64,000 nt of DNA, from assembly GCA_043228905.1 (NCBI GenBank), contig JBHGNT010000009.1, forward strand, positions 13,888,001 to 13,952,000, written 5' to 3'. Positions 50,001 to 61,850 of this stretch are shown here, piece by piece. Position 1 is the first letter of the stretch. Every line of letters starts with the position of its first letter. The stretch is from Azolla caroliniana (Eukaryota > Plantae > Polypodiophyta). The notes beneath the pieces were generated by a model, which searched no databases, had not been told where the DNA came from, and saw only the letters and a list, made by a program, of their open reading frames with translations. Both the position numbers and the translations under genes were made by a program.

Positions 50001-52414
50001 GCAGGCCAAGTAGGGTCGCCATTCTTCAAAGGCAGCAATGATAGCCGCAAGCTCCTTGTCGTATATGGGATAATTGATTTCGGATGCCGTGAATTTTCAG
50101 GAGTAGTAAGCCATTGGGTGCATTAGGTTGGTGTCGTCTGCCTGGGATAAGATGGCACCAATGGTGAAGTCAGAGGCATCAGTTTTGACTTGGAAGGGTT
50201 TTGTGGGGTCGGCATGTAGCAGCACCGAGGCAATGATGAATGCGTGTTTGAGTGAGTCGAACGCATTTTGCGCCTCCGAGGTCCATAAAAATGGAGTGCC
50301 TTTATGGGTGAGAGCGATAAGAGGTTGTGCTAGGGTGGAAAACCCCTTGATGAAGCGACGATAAAAATTCGCGAAGACGAGGAAGGATTGCACATCTTTA
50401 AGTCGCCTTGGAGTCGCCCATGCCTGAATGACAGAGACCTTCTTCATATCCATAGTGATGCCAATGGGCGAGATGATGTAGCCCAGAAATTCAATCGAGG
50501 TACGGTCGAACTCACATTTCTCGCCTTTGGCATAAAGGCCATGCTCACGAAGTTTAGCAAGAACTAATCGAACTTGGCGAGTGTGCTCCTCCATTTTGGC
50601 GAGAAAATGAGAATATCATCGAGGTAAATGACAACAAAATGATCAAGATATTCCCGGAATATATCGTTCATCATATGTTGAAAAACTGTTGGAGCGTTAG
50701 TAAGACCAAAAGGCATTACCTTGTATTCGAAATGCCCATACCGTATTCGAAATGTGGTTTTCCATTCATCCCCTGGCTTGATGTGTACTAGATTGTACGC
50801 TCCACGTAGATCAACTTTGGAGAAGACACGCACAACTCGGAGCCGATCAAGGAGTTCGGGGATCAGAGGTAGCGGATAGCGGTTGCGCACAGTGAGTTTG
50901 TTGAGACCTCGGTAGTTGACGCATAAGCGTAGATAGTCGTCCTTCTTCACAAATAAAATGGGGGCCCCGGTTGGTGACTTAGAAGGTTGAATAAATCCTT
51001 TCTCGAGGTTCTCATCGAGATACACACGAAGGGCCTTCAACTCTGGTGCAGACAACGCATATAGAGGACCAAAGGGTGGACACGCACCTTCTTGAAGATC
51101 AATCAGACAGTCGTAGAGCCGGTGTTCAGGCAAACGATAGGCATTACATTTTCCAAATACGTCGGAGAAGTGTTGGTATTTGTCGGGAATAACATGGAGT
51201 GTGTTAGAAACGGCGCCACAAACAAACCCATCCTGGACCGATGATGGGGTAGTCAAATCGGAATCCGAAGGATGGGAAACTGAGTTTACCTTCATACTTT
51301 TGCACGAGCATCCTGGCTTGCTAAATGTGATCGAGTGGTTGCACCAATCCACTATTGGATTGTGCGCCTCCAACCACGTTAGTCCTAAGACGATCAGATG
51401 TCGAGGAGATGCAATGAGGTAAAAGGTGAGCTCCTCCTAGTGTGAGCCCACACAAAGCCCTAATGGGATTGTAGCTTGAGTAATTGCACCTGATGAGAGG
51501 ACGCACCCGTCGATGGCTTCAACAGGAATGGGTTTTGAGAGGCCAACGACAGGTACTCCATGTGCTTGGGCAAACACGATGTCGATGAAGCAAGAAGATG
51601 CCCCAGAATCAAGTAAAGCAACAGACTGAATGGAACTAGAGTTAAATGAAAGCCATACCTCCAATGTCAAATTTCCTGATGGTCTGGCAATGGAACCAAG
51701 AGAATGTGGGCGAGGGGAGATGTCCAGTTGCATGGCTCCTACTGCAACCGAACGATGTCGTTTTTCCGGATGTTGGAGTCCGTTAGCTCGATGGAATTGT
51801 GGGCGATTACTCCTAGGACAATGGCGAACAACATGACTAAAGGCGCCACAATACATGCACAAGCCATTAGCCCGCCAAAATTGTCGTCATCAGTCAATGA
51901 ACGAAATTGGGCTTGATCAATTTCCATGGGGACAGGAGCATCTACCAAAGCAGGGGAGTGTGACGCAATCGGTGGGGGGGATGGTTGGGATTGTATGACC
52001 GGGGCGTGTCATGGAAGTGAATGAGGTGGAACCCAAGTTCGGCGCTCTTCTTGGCGAAATTCGAAAAGACAATTGTCACAATGGACTGCTTGTGAAATCG
52101 CTTGGGATAACGAGGTGGGCTCCGGAAAGTTTAAGAGAAGATTCTTGACATTGCTTCGAAGGCCGCGCCGAAAGTGATCAACTAAAGCTTGATCATCCCA
52201 ATTGACATTGCATGCTAGTTGTCGAAATTCTGAAGCATAGACCGAAGCTGCACGCGAACCTTGTTCAAGTGCAAAAATCTTGTTAAGAGTTGTACGTCGT
52301 CGGTCCGTCTCTCCAAATGTGGCCTCTAACTCAGTGAGGAAGGCGGGAAAGTCCTCCAATAGAGGTGAAGAGGTTTCTACCAATGGTGTAAACTGTTGGG
52401 GACAAGGCCGTCAA
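47045..52414 (-). pseudogene. gag-pol: Tcn1-like gypsy gag-pol (gag, PR, RT, RH, IN, chromodomain), cut by three insertions
   Basis: Motifs [39 protein letters not shown] and EEYEVNQILDSR. Confidence 0.92.
48355..49685 (+). mobile_element. Two-LTR element with a 27-bp internal region (copia-type termini)
   Basis: LTRs 48355-48993 and 49021-49685. Interior AAGTGGTACCGAAGTGAAGGGGGAGTT. TSD CTTGG at 48350-48354 and 49686-49690; removing the insert restores the host frame (TDASKTDA). Confidence 0.95.
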
Positions 52415-52479
52415 TGTAGAAGTGCAAGCAACATTCTGTTTGAAGAATAACCTATGTATGCATGAGCAAGATAGACACA

Positions 52480-52517
<38 letters not shown>

Positions 52518-53101
52518 CACAAAGGAAACGTTATATTCCAATAGCAACAGTTACAAATGACAACCAACCTTCACTAAAGGTTACAAAGTCACTTTATATA
52601 GTGACTATCCTAGGGCAACTGCCCTTTATGCTATTTACAGAAATAGCCCGAACTTGGGCTTGTTGCCGATTAGGAACACGGTCCTCGGTCAGTCCTTTGA
52701 CCTAGACCTCCAAGTGGGTGTGGAACAACGAATAGGCGTCTAAGCGTAATGCGTAGGGGAATGTTCCCTGTAACCTATCAGCGTATAAGGGAGACGGCTA
52801 CAACCGAATCCATAGCAAAGGTTACCCTTACGTTCTTACACGCTTAGGTCTTCAAGACACACACAATGGATTAGCCGTAGCTATACACAGAGAATCAGAG
52901 AAGATAGAATTCTATTATGAGACGTTTCTTACATTCCCAAAATTACATGCTCTCTCTATCAGAGGTTTTCTGCCCTTTATATACGCAGGGTCTATTTAGC
53001 CATTCACGCTTCCTACGTGAACCGTTACATGCGTTATGATCTTATATTATTTCTTATTCCTACGCTCTTGTCCGTCAGTTACTATTCCGGCGGACAACAC
53101 C

Positions 53102-53141
53102 TGGCACGCCTGTGGGACAGTGCCCTGGCACATCGAACCCA
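53102..53141 (+). promoter_or_regulatory. tRNA-Arg-type primer-binding site, bipartite, antisense to pol
   Basis: TGGCACGCCTGTGGGAC-[AGTGCCCTGGCACA]-TCGAACCCA, starting 2 nt after the LTR terminal CA. Confidence 0.7.
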
Positions 53142-53146
53142 TCCCG

Positions 53147-56104
53147 TTAATCCTCTTCCAAAATGGCCCGGATGTTTGGCTCTACTGCGGTGTCCGCGTC
53201 CAGAGGTGACGTAGGGCCCGTAGGTGCATCGTGGTGTGGCTCCCCTTTTTGGTCGGGCTGGTTTCTCCTGGAGTCACAGTCGCCATGTGTGGGCGGTCCG
53301 GGTACGGTGGGCTCTTCTTGAGCTAGTGGGTTGGGCTCCGCCGTTGTCGTGCTTGCAGTCGGTTGCGGCTCTGCCTCCATTGTTACGTCCTCCGTGGTGT
53401 CAGCCGTTTTTGTGCGTTCCGGGGAGTGGGGCGGAGATTCCGCCTAGCCCGCACCGTTCTCTGTGTGGTCCGATGATAGCGTGGGCTCGTGCGGATGAAC
53501 CTCCTCTTGTGTAGTGGTTTCGTTGTTTGGTCCTATGGGGGACTCCGCTCGTCGGTCCACGCTGTTCTCCATCATTGTCATATCTGGTGATCGGGCATGA
53601 GGTTCCTCTTCTTCGGTCGTGCCCGGAATTGGCATCGCGTTGGATTCCTCGTTTGTGCGCGTGTTGCCGGCTTGTGTGATCTGGTGAAATAGCTCTTCCT
53701 GGCTTTCACCAAAATCATCTAAGAGTTGCGCAATTTCTTCGGAGTGTTGGTCCGCTAGTGCACGATAGTCTTGCGCTAGGTCCTCTCGTACGGCCGCAAT
53801 GCTCTCCTCATTTAGTTTATAGAAACCTCGGCCGTCTTTTCGCCGGTTATCCCAATCCGCATGATACGCGTGCAATTCCGCTGCTTGGGTTGCCCACGCC
53901 ATCCATCCTTTGTCCAACGCCGTTTTCAATTGCGTTGTGAACCTCTCCCGATTTGTTTGGAGAAAGATACACACGTTATCTGTGATGGCCTGGCAACGGT
54001 TGCATGCATCCTCCATCGACTTCTGGAGGTTTGCGATTTCTTGTTGTCTAACCGCCGCCACTTCTTCGTACGTGGCCTTCAGGCCCGCCCACAGCTAGGA
54101 TTCCTTTGCATGTTGTTCTTCTAATTTCCCCATTTCATTGTTTAGGTGGACTTCGAGCTGATGCCTTCTGTCTTGTTCGACCACCAACTGCTCGTCGAAC
54201 CATACCTTCTTTTTTTCTAATAAGGCCCGGAGTCCCGCGATTGCCGCCTCCGATTTCTTCGCGTCCTCTCGTAATTGGGCGTTTTCGTCTTTTGTCCGGA
54301 TGTGCTAAGCTACCTCTGTAGCGAGTTTCTCTTCAAGGGTTTTTACTGTCTTACGGCCGTTAGCCCGTATCTCCTTTTCTCTGTCTGAGGATTGGTGTAG
54401 TTCTGCTCGAAGGCGGTCAATTTCTGATTCCGCTAGTTGCACGGCCCTTTTCGCTTTTGAGGCGATGGTGGTCTGAGCCTCAATTTCTTCCTTTAAAGCG
54501 TCAATGGCGTGGTTTGGTGGCGGAGTTGCATGTTGCACCATAGCCGCATGAGTTTCCAACTCCGCGATGCGTTCGTTGGCTTTTTGTAGTTCGACTTGGG
54601 TCAGTTTCACCTTCTTCCAGACATTCTTATTTTTTATGGCCATCTCCTTGGCACCCGTGGTGACCTTTGCCAGTTCCCGATGGACTTCGACTAGGGCCGT
54701 GTTTAATGGGGGTATCTCCATCATCACTCGGCGTACCCCGGCATTCCTCTGTCTGCCGACCTTAGCTAACTGGTCCTGATCGTCGCTCTCTGTCGTTTGT
54801 GTTAGGGCGCGCTCAATCATCTGGCGTTCCTCATGCTCTTCGGCCATTCGTTGGGCGGCTTTTACCTGTTGTGTTGCCAGGAACTCCATGAGCTCAAAAG
54901 AAGTGCCGAACTGTAAGAGGGCGTTGAACTCATTGGCCGTATCCGGGATATCTGGATATGCCAAGACCTCGCTTTCCGTCGTCAATACGGCTTTCCCTCG
55001 TTGGGACTGGGTCGTAATGATCGGTCGTGGCTCCCGGATGATTTCGAAGGTGGTATTGGGTTCCATAGCTGCGGAGCCATTGCCTTCAGTCGGTGTTTCT
55101 GTTGTTGTGGGAACGTTTTTGACCAACCCCTGCCCATCTTTCTTGTCCAATCTACGTCGTTTCGGTCTAGGGCTATCCTGCCATGTTTCAGTGTTTGGCT
55201 CTGGGGCTGCTTCCATGGAACGTACCAGTTGTTCCTCCTGCGTTGTCCGTGTGTCTGGCTGGTCGGTAGGTGGTGTTGTCCTTGGGTCAGGCTGGGCGGG
55301 TTGGGGTTCCTCTTCCCACTCTGGGGCCGATACCTCCGCTAACCTGTGCTTCATGGATCGGGGCGGGGGCGTGGGCCGACTAGGCTGCGGTGCCAGCAGG
55401 CCTCGGGGTGGAAATAGTACCGTAAGGTACTGTTGTATGATCGGCTTGAGCTTTTTGCCTGCCTGTTACGCATGCAGGCCTTCTCTTAATGTCGGCCCTA
55501 TGATGACCTCCCAATCGACCGCGCACCCCTCAAAGGTATCGATAATGATGCTTGCCTTCTGCTTAGGCATCCCATATGCGTTGACATGTACGCAACCAAC
55601 TTCTAGCAGGAACTTGGCAACTTCACGGAAGAAGGGATCCAGAATCTGCTTGGTTCTATAGGCCTTGGTGGAGGAGGAATATGGCCCAAAATATCGTTGC
55701 AGCGCCTCTGCAAGAGGGATGTCGAAATGCCTTTCGCCTAGCGATGATGGGTCCAACTTCTTCCGGATGGAGGAGTTGGTGATCGTGTCTATATTAAGAT
55801 TCCTGGCGATGTCCATGGCCTCCGGGTGTGGGGGTGCTTCTACGACCTGGATGTACCCATCCAAGCGTTTCTCCACGAGCCATCGGCGTAAAGAAGTAGA
55901 GATGAAGATCATCATCGCCAGAGGAGGTTCGTGGGAAGGAGACTGGTGGTTGCGGTGGGCTGTAGCTGTGTGATAGTATGGAGGAGAAGGTGAGGGGGGG
56001 GAACGATGGAAGCGTTGATAGCTAGAAGATAAGTTTCTATTTTGTGCAGAAAATCTTCTGTTTCCTTCTTTTTGTGGCTTAGGCTTCATTGGGCGGTGAG
56101 CCAT
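53147..56104 (-). pseudogene. Extra ~985-codon ORF downstream of integrase (globular N-terminal domain, long coiled coil, acidic/Pro-rich tail)
   Basis: ORFs 55466-56104, 54305-55354, 53444-54061 and 53147-53380 share one frame and are separated only by TAA/TAG codons consistent with CAA/CAG deamination. Confidence 0.8.
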
Positions 56105-57412
56105 CGTGGTGTCGCGTGTTCTTGAACTAGGAGTTTGTGCATGTCTTTAGTCGTTTTAATAGTCACTATCTTCTCCCTTTTTTTTTTCTTTTTTTCTTGC
56201 GTAACGGTTATCTACAACTATTTTTACATTATGTTACAAGTGGGGCCGCTCATTTACGGTGCAGGTTCTCCGGCTCTGTCCTGTTCAGCGGTGAATGGGT
56301 TAGGTGGCGTATGGCCCAGGTAAGGTTTGAGACGAAACCCATTCACCTTTTGCCGGACTACTTCCCCGGCCAGCATACCTAGTTGGAACTTGTCTTGTTC
56401 CGCTCCAATTATCCAGTCTGGGCCGGTCCAGCGGAATCGTAACTTCCCCGGCATATGGCCCATGCGAGTTTGGAATACCAGCACTGCTGGACCCACGGCA
56501 AACTCCTTTTCCCTTGCGTGCCGATGTCGATCCACAAACGCTTTACGCCGTCGTTGTTCCTGTTCCAACACAGCCATGTTGTGGACGCGTTTTTCCCCTA
56601 GTTCGAGGAGTTGGTGGAGCCGTACCTCCTCCGACTTGGCTTCTGATAGTCGGTGTCGTACCTGAATTCGCAAACTAGGTACCTGAAATTCGACCGGCAT
56701 CACAGCCTCCAGCCCAAACGCTAGTCGAAATGGTGTTGACTGTATGCTTGTTTTGTAGCTGGTTTTGTACGCCCATAACGCACTTTGTAGTTTGGTATCC
56801 CAGTCCGTTGTCGTGAAGAATTTCGGCCAGAGGCGGAAACCGGGAAACATTGGCTACATCGGCGGGGTGCAGTGTGTGTACGCACCCATGTACATTTAGT
56901 GTGAATAACGAGGGCGCCTTTATGGCGCCGAAGAGTAGTCAAGTCGGGACAGGCGGTCCCATGTAAGTCGGGGTTTATCCCACATTGTAACGCATCCCTG
57001 TCCTTGTTCTATAAAAGGAAGGGAACGCCCTTTGTGAAAGGGTTGCCCATTTTGCATTAGAGGGTATACCGTTAGGTTTAGAGTTAGTTTCTTCTTCTTC
57101 TTCTCCCCCTTCGTGTTCGCTTAAGGTTTGCTTCAGCTCATCTCCTGCGTAAGACCTCGCTCGGCGCGACGAGCCCGTGAGCTCCCCGACCGGCGGCTTG
57201 GCAGCTGACGACTATTGTAACCTACCTCGGTCTTGCTCGACGCCGGGAATGTATTCTTCTTTTATATATATATATACGTTTGCGTCTGTCTGTGTATATT
57301 CGCGTCTTCGTTGGTGTCGGGTGCTTCCCCCTTCCTGCATTTCCTGTACTTAAGGGTGTGAGTCGGGTTGGCCTGTGTGTGTGTGAGTGTGTATGCGTGA
57401 GTCGGTGTTAAA

Positions 57413-57457
<45 letters not shown>

Positions 57458-57621
57458 GTTGCTTCCGGTGTGCTTCTGGGATGCCCCGGAGACGGTGAAG
57501 CACGACTTCCTACGCTCCATCACTCCCTAGTCCAAGACCCCCGTGGTCCCGCCTTTCTCCACGCACGCGTGTAACAACGCGACATCTTTGGTGAACCCGA
57601 CGTGAAAGGCGGCAAGGGAGG

Positions 57622-58557
57622 ATGGAGTTAGAAGACAACGACCTTGCGGAGATGGTGGCCGAAGTGGTGTTGGAGTTGGCACGAGTGGTGATGAGGCGAG
57701 AAGCAGCGCAACAAGCGGCTGAGCGAGTGGTCGAAAGAGTCGGCCGTTTCAACGGGGACAAAGTCCCATCTTACTTGGAAGCCTACAACACGGAAATGGA
57801 GGAGCGTGGCGTAGATGAGGAGTTAAGGCTGGAGTTCTTCTGTCGGGTCGTGGTTGTCCGGATGCATGCCGAGATAAAGGAGCTCCGTGAGGCTCATAGT
57901 TCGTGGGAGGCCTTCAAAGAGGCGCTCCTGAAGGCATACGGAGGACGGCGGAAGAGCCGAGGACGGCACGACTTCGACCAGTGGGTAGCATCGGCAAAGA
58001 CCCACCGGGGCGCTGCCAAGGCGTTTCGAGAGTTCGAGCGGCGGCTTGCTCGGCTCCCGGAGCGGGAACAAGGTTTGGTGGGGGCGGACAAGGTCCTATT
58101 GTTCGTCAGGTCGATCGACCGAGCGGAACGGGAGGCCATCGGAATTGAGCTCAAAGACGATGATGGAGCGAATGGGCTTACGGAGGACTGGTCGAAGGTC
58201 GGAAGGGTGTGCCAACGGCTAGACAACGAGCGAGCCGAGAAGGCTAAGAGGAAGGTACGCGACGGCGTGCCATCACAGCGGGAAGAGGCCGAACGGCAAA
58301 GAGAGTCGGCAAGCGTCGGCGTTGGGGCCAGGATTGCGGAGGCGTACGCAGCTCTCGAGGCGATGCTCGAGGAAGAGGAAAGATGGAGGCCGCAAGCCGA
58401 GACTGAGAAGACGGACTTGCCCCACGCGACGGCGGAAGATCGGTACGATGGTACCACGGGAGAGGGTGCGGAACGAAACGCCCTCTCAACTTGCGGAGAT
58501 AGAACGGCCAAGGACGAGGCCGAGATACAGATCGCGGAACCGGAACGTTGGGACTAG
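57622..58557 (+). CDS. gag: Ty3/gypsy-type Gag/capsid-like protein, 311 aa
   Basis: Open ORF just after the PBS. RFNGDKVPSYLEAY...SWEAFKEALLKAY resembles a retrotransposon capsid N-terminus. Confidence 0.7.
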   Translation: MELEDNDLAEMVAEVVLELARVVMRREAAQQAAERVVERVGRFNGDKVPSYLEAYNTEMEERGVDEELRLEFFCRVVVVRMHAEIKELREAHSSWEAFKEALLKAYGGRRKSRGRHDFDQWVASAKTHRGAAKAFREFERRLARLPEREQGLVGADKVLLFVRSIDRAEREAIGIELKDDDGANGLTEDWSKVGRVCQRLDNERAEKAKRKVRDGVPSQREEAERQRESASVGVGARIAEAYAALEAMLEEEERWRPQAETEKTDLPHATAEDRYDGTTGEGAERNALSTCGDRTAKDEAEIQIAEPERWD

Positions 58558-59460
58558 CGGTTTCGGGCGTGTCAGCCCGAGATCCCGGTCATTGGAGAAG
58601 CAAGCCCAGACGGGGCTTGCGCGATCGGTAAGAAGATGACCGCCGACCACGAAGAGTCGGTGGCTACGGACAAGGGCGTAAAACGGACGGGCAATTCTTT
58701 GTGTCTTCCTACACTTGCTCCCGAGACGATGGCAATCGGGCCCGAGTGCCCACGTGAGTCCCAATCGAAGGAAGGCTGCGGCGAAAGGCCAAGAATCACC
58801 GACGAGACGATACGGGGAAGGAATGGACGAAAGCCCACGGACCCGATTCTGGAGAACTCGGCATTCGGGCCCGTATGCCCATGTAAGACCGAGGAGATGG
58901 ATGGCGGTACCGAGGAGTCCTGGCACGATGCCAGCGAAGATGGATGGGAAATGGCCTATGAGGAGGCCGAGGATGGACGCGGCACGAGGAGATCGGCATT
59001 TCGATACGGGTGGAGCATGATCCGGTCGTGGATCGTTTGATCAGGGCCGGATTCGGCGTGAAAGTGCCGATACAGAAGGGGGTGCGGGACGAGCCGCCTC
59101 TTTTACATGGGGAGAAAGACCGACCGGGCGAAGGTCGAGAGTTGGAAGGAGAATGAAAGCCGGTCCTATGGAGTTCCTTACACCGATCCGGCTACCGGCC
59201 CGAGTGCCGGCGTGAGTCCTATAAGAGAGATCGGTGGCGACAGGAGAACGGGACTCGGCAATCCGGAGAATGACGAACGGACCCGAGTGAGAACGGGGCA
59301 GAGCGGACTCCCGGATGACCATTCCAGGAGGGAGGAAGAGAGTTGGCCTACGAAGAGGCCGAGGACACGGTACGTCGGTACCACGGGAGAGGGTGCGGAA
59401 CAAAACGCCCTCTCGGCATGCGGAAAAGGACGACCCGGGACAGGGTCGGGAAGACAAATC

Positions 59461-59817
59461 GGAGGTCTACGGAGGATCCTTCACACCGGTTCTAGAGACT
59501 TCGGCAGTCGGCAACATGGTCTACGTAAGACCAAGATACTGACGGTGGCGGTGAGGTGACGAAGGCAAAGGGGCTACGGATGGGCGGTCTACGGAGGATC
59601 CTTCACACCGGTTCTAGAGACTTCGGCAGTCGGCAACGCGGTCGACGTAAGACCAAGATACTGACGGTGGCGGCGAGGTGACGAAGGCAAAGGGGCTATG
59701 GATCGGAGGTCTATGGAGGATCCTTCACACCGGTTCTAGAGACTTCGGCAGTCGGCAACGCGGTCGACGTAAGACCAAGATACTGACGGTGGCGGCAAGG
59801 TGACGAAGGCAAAGGGC
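59461..59817. repeat. 122-bp tandem repeat x3, plus a partial copy at ~60740-60830
   Basis: GTCTA(C/T)GGAGGATCCTTCACACCGGTTCTAGAGAC recurs at 59465, 59587 and 59709. Confidence 0.92.
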
Positions 59818-61684
59818 GTAAGGAAGTCCGGTCCTACGGGATCCCCACACTTAACTAGAGACTCTGGCAGTTCGGCCAACGTGGCAACATGAGACTGAGA
59901 GAGAAGGTTGGTGGCGGCGGGAAACGGAACCCGACTACGTGGAAGATACGAGGAGAGTCCAGGAGGGACTCAAACAAAAGACACCCGAATTTCGGCAAGC
60001 ATAGAAACGGAGTCCGGTCCTATGGGACCCTCACACCGATCCGGAGACCCCGGCTGATCGGCCAACACGGCAACGTGAGACCGATGGAGAAGGACGGTGG
60101 CGGCAAGGAATGGGACCCGACGACACGAGGTTTCGGAAGGAGCCGGTAGGGGCAAACACGGGGAGGTGTGTCAAGCCGGAAAGGCACACCTGGGACAGAA
60201 CAAGAGTCTCGCAAGTGGCCATCGCGGGCCGGATCTAAGCGTGACTACGGGACGGTGTTCGGCGCGGGCGGGGCCGAACGAAGGAAGCGGAAGACGGCAC
60301 AAGGGAGGTGCCGGGAACGAGGTGACAAGTGCCTAGTGGACTGCACAGGGTCGGAGTCAGGGGATGGCAAGAGAGGCCGGAGGAGGATCCTCCACACTCG
60401 CTTCGTAGATCTCGGTAGCTCTGTCGAAGTAGCAAAGACTGACACGGCAAGCCGGGATGACAAGCTGGTGGGGGCGAGGGGACGACGGCAAACGGAAGAC
60501 TCAGGACCTGTTACAGCAACACGAAGACGGGAAGGGCCATGCGGGCTACTATGGGGTGTTCCTCGGATGCAAAGGACACCAGTATGCGGGGAGCGACGAT
60601 GCACGATCTGGCCGGAAAAGGGGCCGACAAGGCGTTCAATGAACCGGAGTACGATACAGGCAGTGCCAAACAACGGACGAGGGTATGTGGCACACAGAGG
60701 TGCCGGAGCGGGAAGGCGAGCGCGGAGAAGACCGAAAAGGGATCCTTCACACCGGTTCTAGAGACTTCGACAGTCGGCAACGCGGTCGACGTAAGACCAA
60801 GATACTGACAGTGGCGGCGAGAGGACAAGGGCATACGACGGGAGCGGGGCGTTCATACGGCCGAACAAGGGCCAGCGGAAGTACGCGTGCAGAGGACCCA
60901 TCGACAGGTCGAACGAGCCTACGGGGAGGTAAGCGCGAAGGAAGAATCGAAGCCGACGGATCAAACTGGCAGCGAGCCGGGATGCGGATCACGGAAGACC
61001 GGTTTCTCACCAGCCGAAATCTCTCACCCTTCAACCGGACTTGGCACATACCGGTGGATGTGCGGTTAGGTGGGGGCGGATGTCGTGAAGAATTTCGGCC
61101 AGAGGCAGAAACCGAGAAACATTGGCTACATCGGCGGGGTGCAGCGTGTGTACGCACCCATGTACATTTAGTGTGAATAACGAGGGCACCTTTATGGCGC
61201 CGAAGAGTAGTCAAGTCGGGACAGGCGGTCCCATGTAAGTCGGGGTTTATCCCACATTGTAACGCATCCCTGTCCTTGTTCTATAAAAGGAAGGGAACGC
61301 CCTTTGTGAAAGGGTTGCCCATTTTGCATTAGAGGGTATACCGTTAGGTTTAGAGTTAGTTTCTTCTTCTTCTTCTCCCCCTTCGTGTTCGCTTAGGGTT
61401 TGCTTCAGCTCATCTCCTGCGCAAGACCCCGCTCGGCGCGACGAGCCCGTGAGCTCCCCGACCGGCGGCTTGGCAGCTGACGACTATTGTAACCTACCTC
61501 GGTCTTGCTCGACGCCGGGAATGTATTCTTCTTTTATATATATATATACGTTTGCGTCTGTCTGTGTATATTCGCGTCTTCGTTGGTGTCGGGTGCTTCC
61601 CCCTTCCTGCATTTCCTGTACTTAAGGGTGTGAGTCGGGTTGGCCTGTGTGTGTGTGAGTGTGTGTGCATGAGTCGGTGTTAAA

Positions 61685-61723
<39 letters not shown>

Positions 61724-61850
61724 GTTGCTTCCGGTATGCTTCTGGGATGCCCCGGAGACGGTGAAGCACGACTTCCTACTCTCCATCACTCCCTAGTCCA
61801 AGACCCCCGTGGTCCCGACTTTCTTCACGCACGCGCGTAACAACGCGACA

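Larger units (their letters stand above)
56809..61850 (+). mobile_element. Non-autonomous gag-only LTR element with tRNA-Trp PBS and 4-bp TSD
   Basis: LTRs 56809-57584 and 61081-61850 (TGTCG...CGACA, ~98% identical by eye). TSD CCGT. PBS TGGTGAACCCGACGTGAA at 57589-57606. G-rich PPT GGTGGGGGCGGA at 61069-61080. Confidence 0.93.

Noticed and set aside
54888-55661. 257-aa plus-strand ORF as a gag in the PBS orientation
   Set aside because: No capsid or zinc-knuckle motifs; it reads as the antisense shadow of the minus-strand extra ORF.
58636-61176. Many overlapping ORFs in the gag-only element as pol remnants
   Set aside because: No protease, RT, RH or IN motifs; GC-rich repeats explain the open frames.
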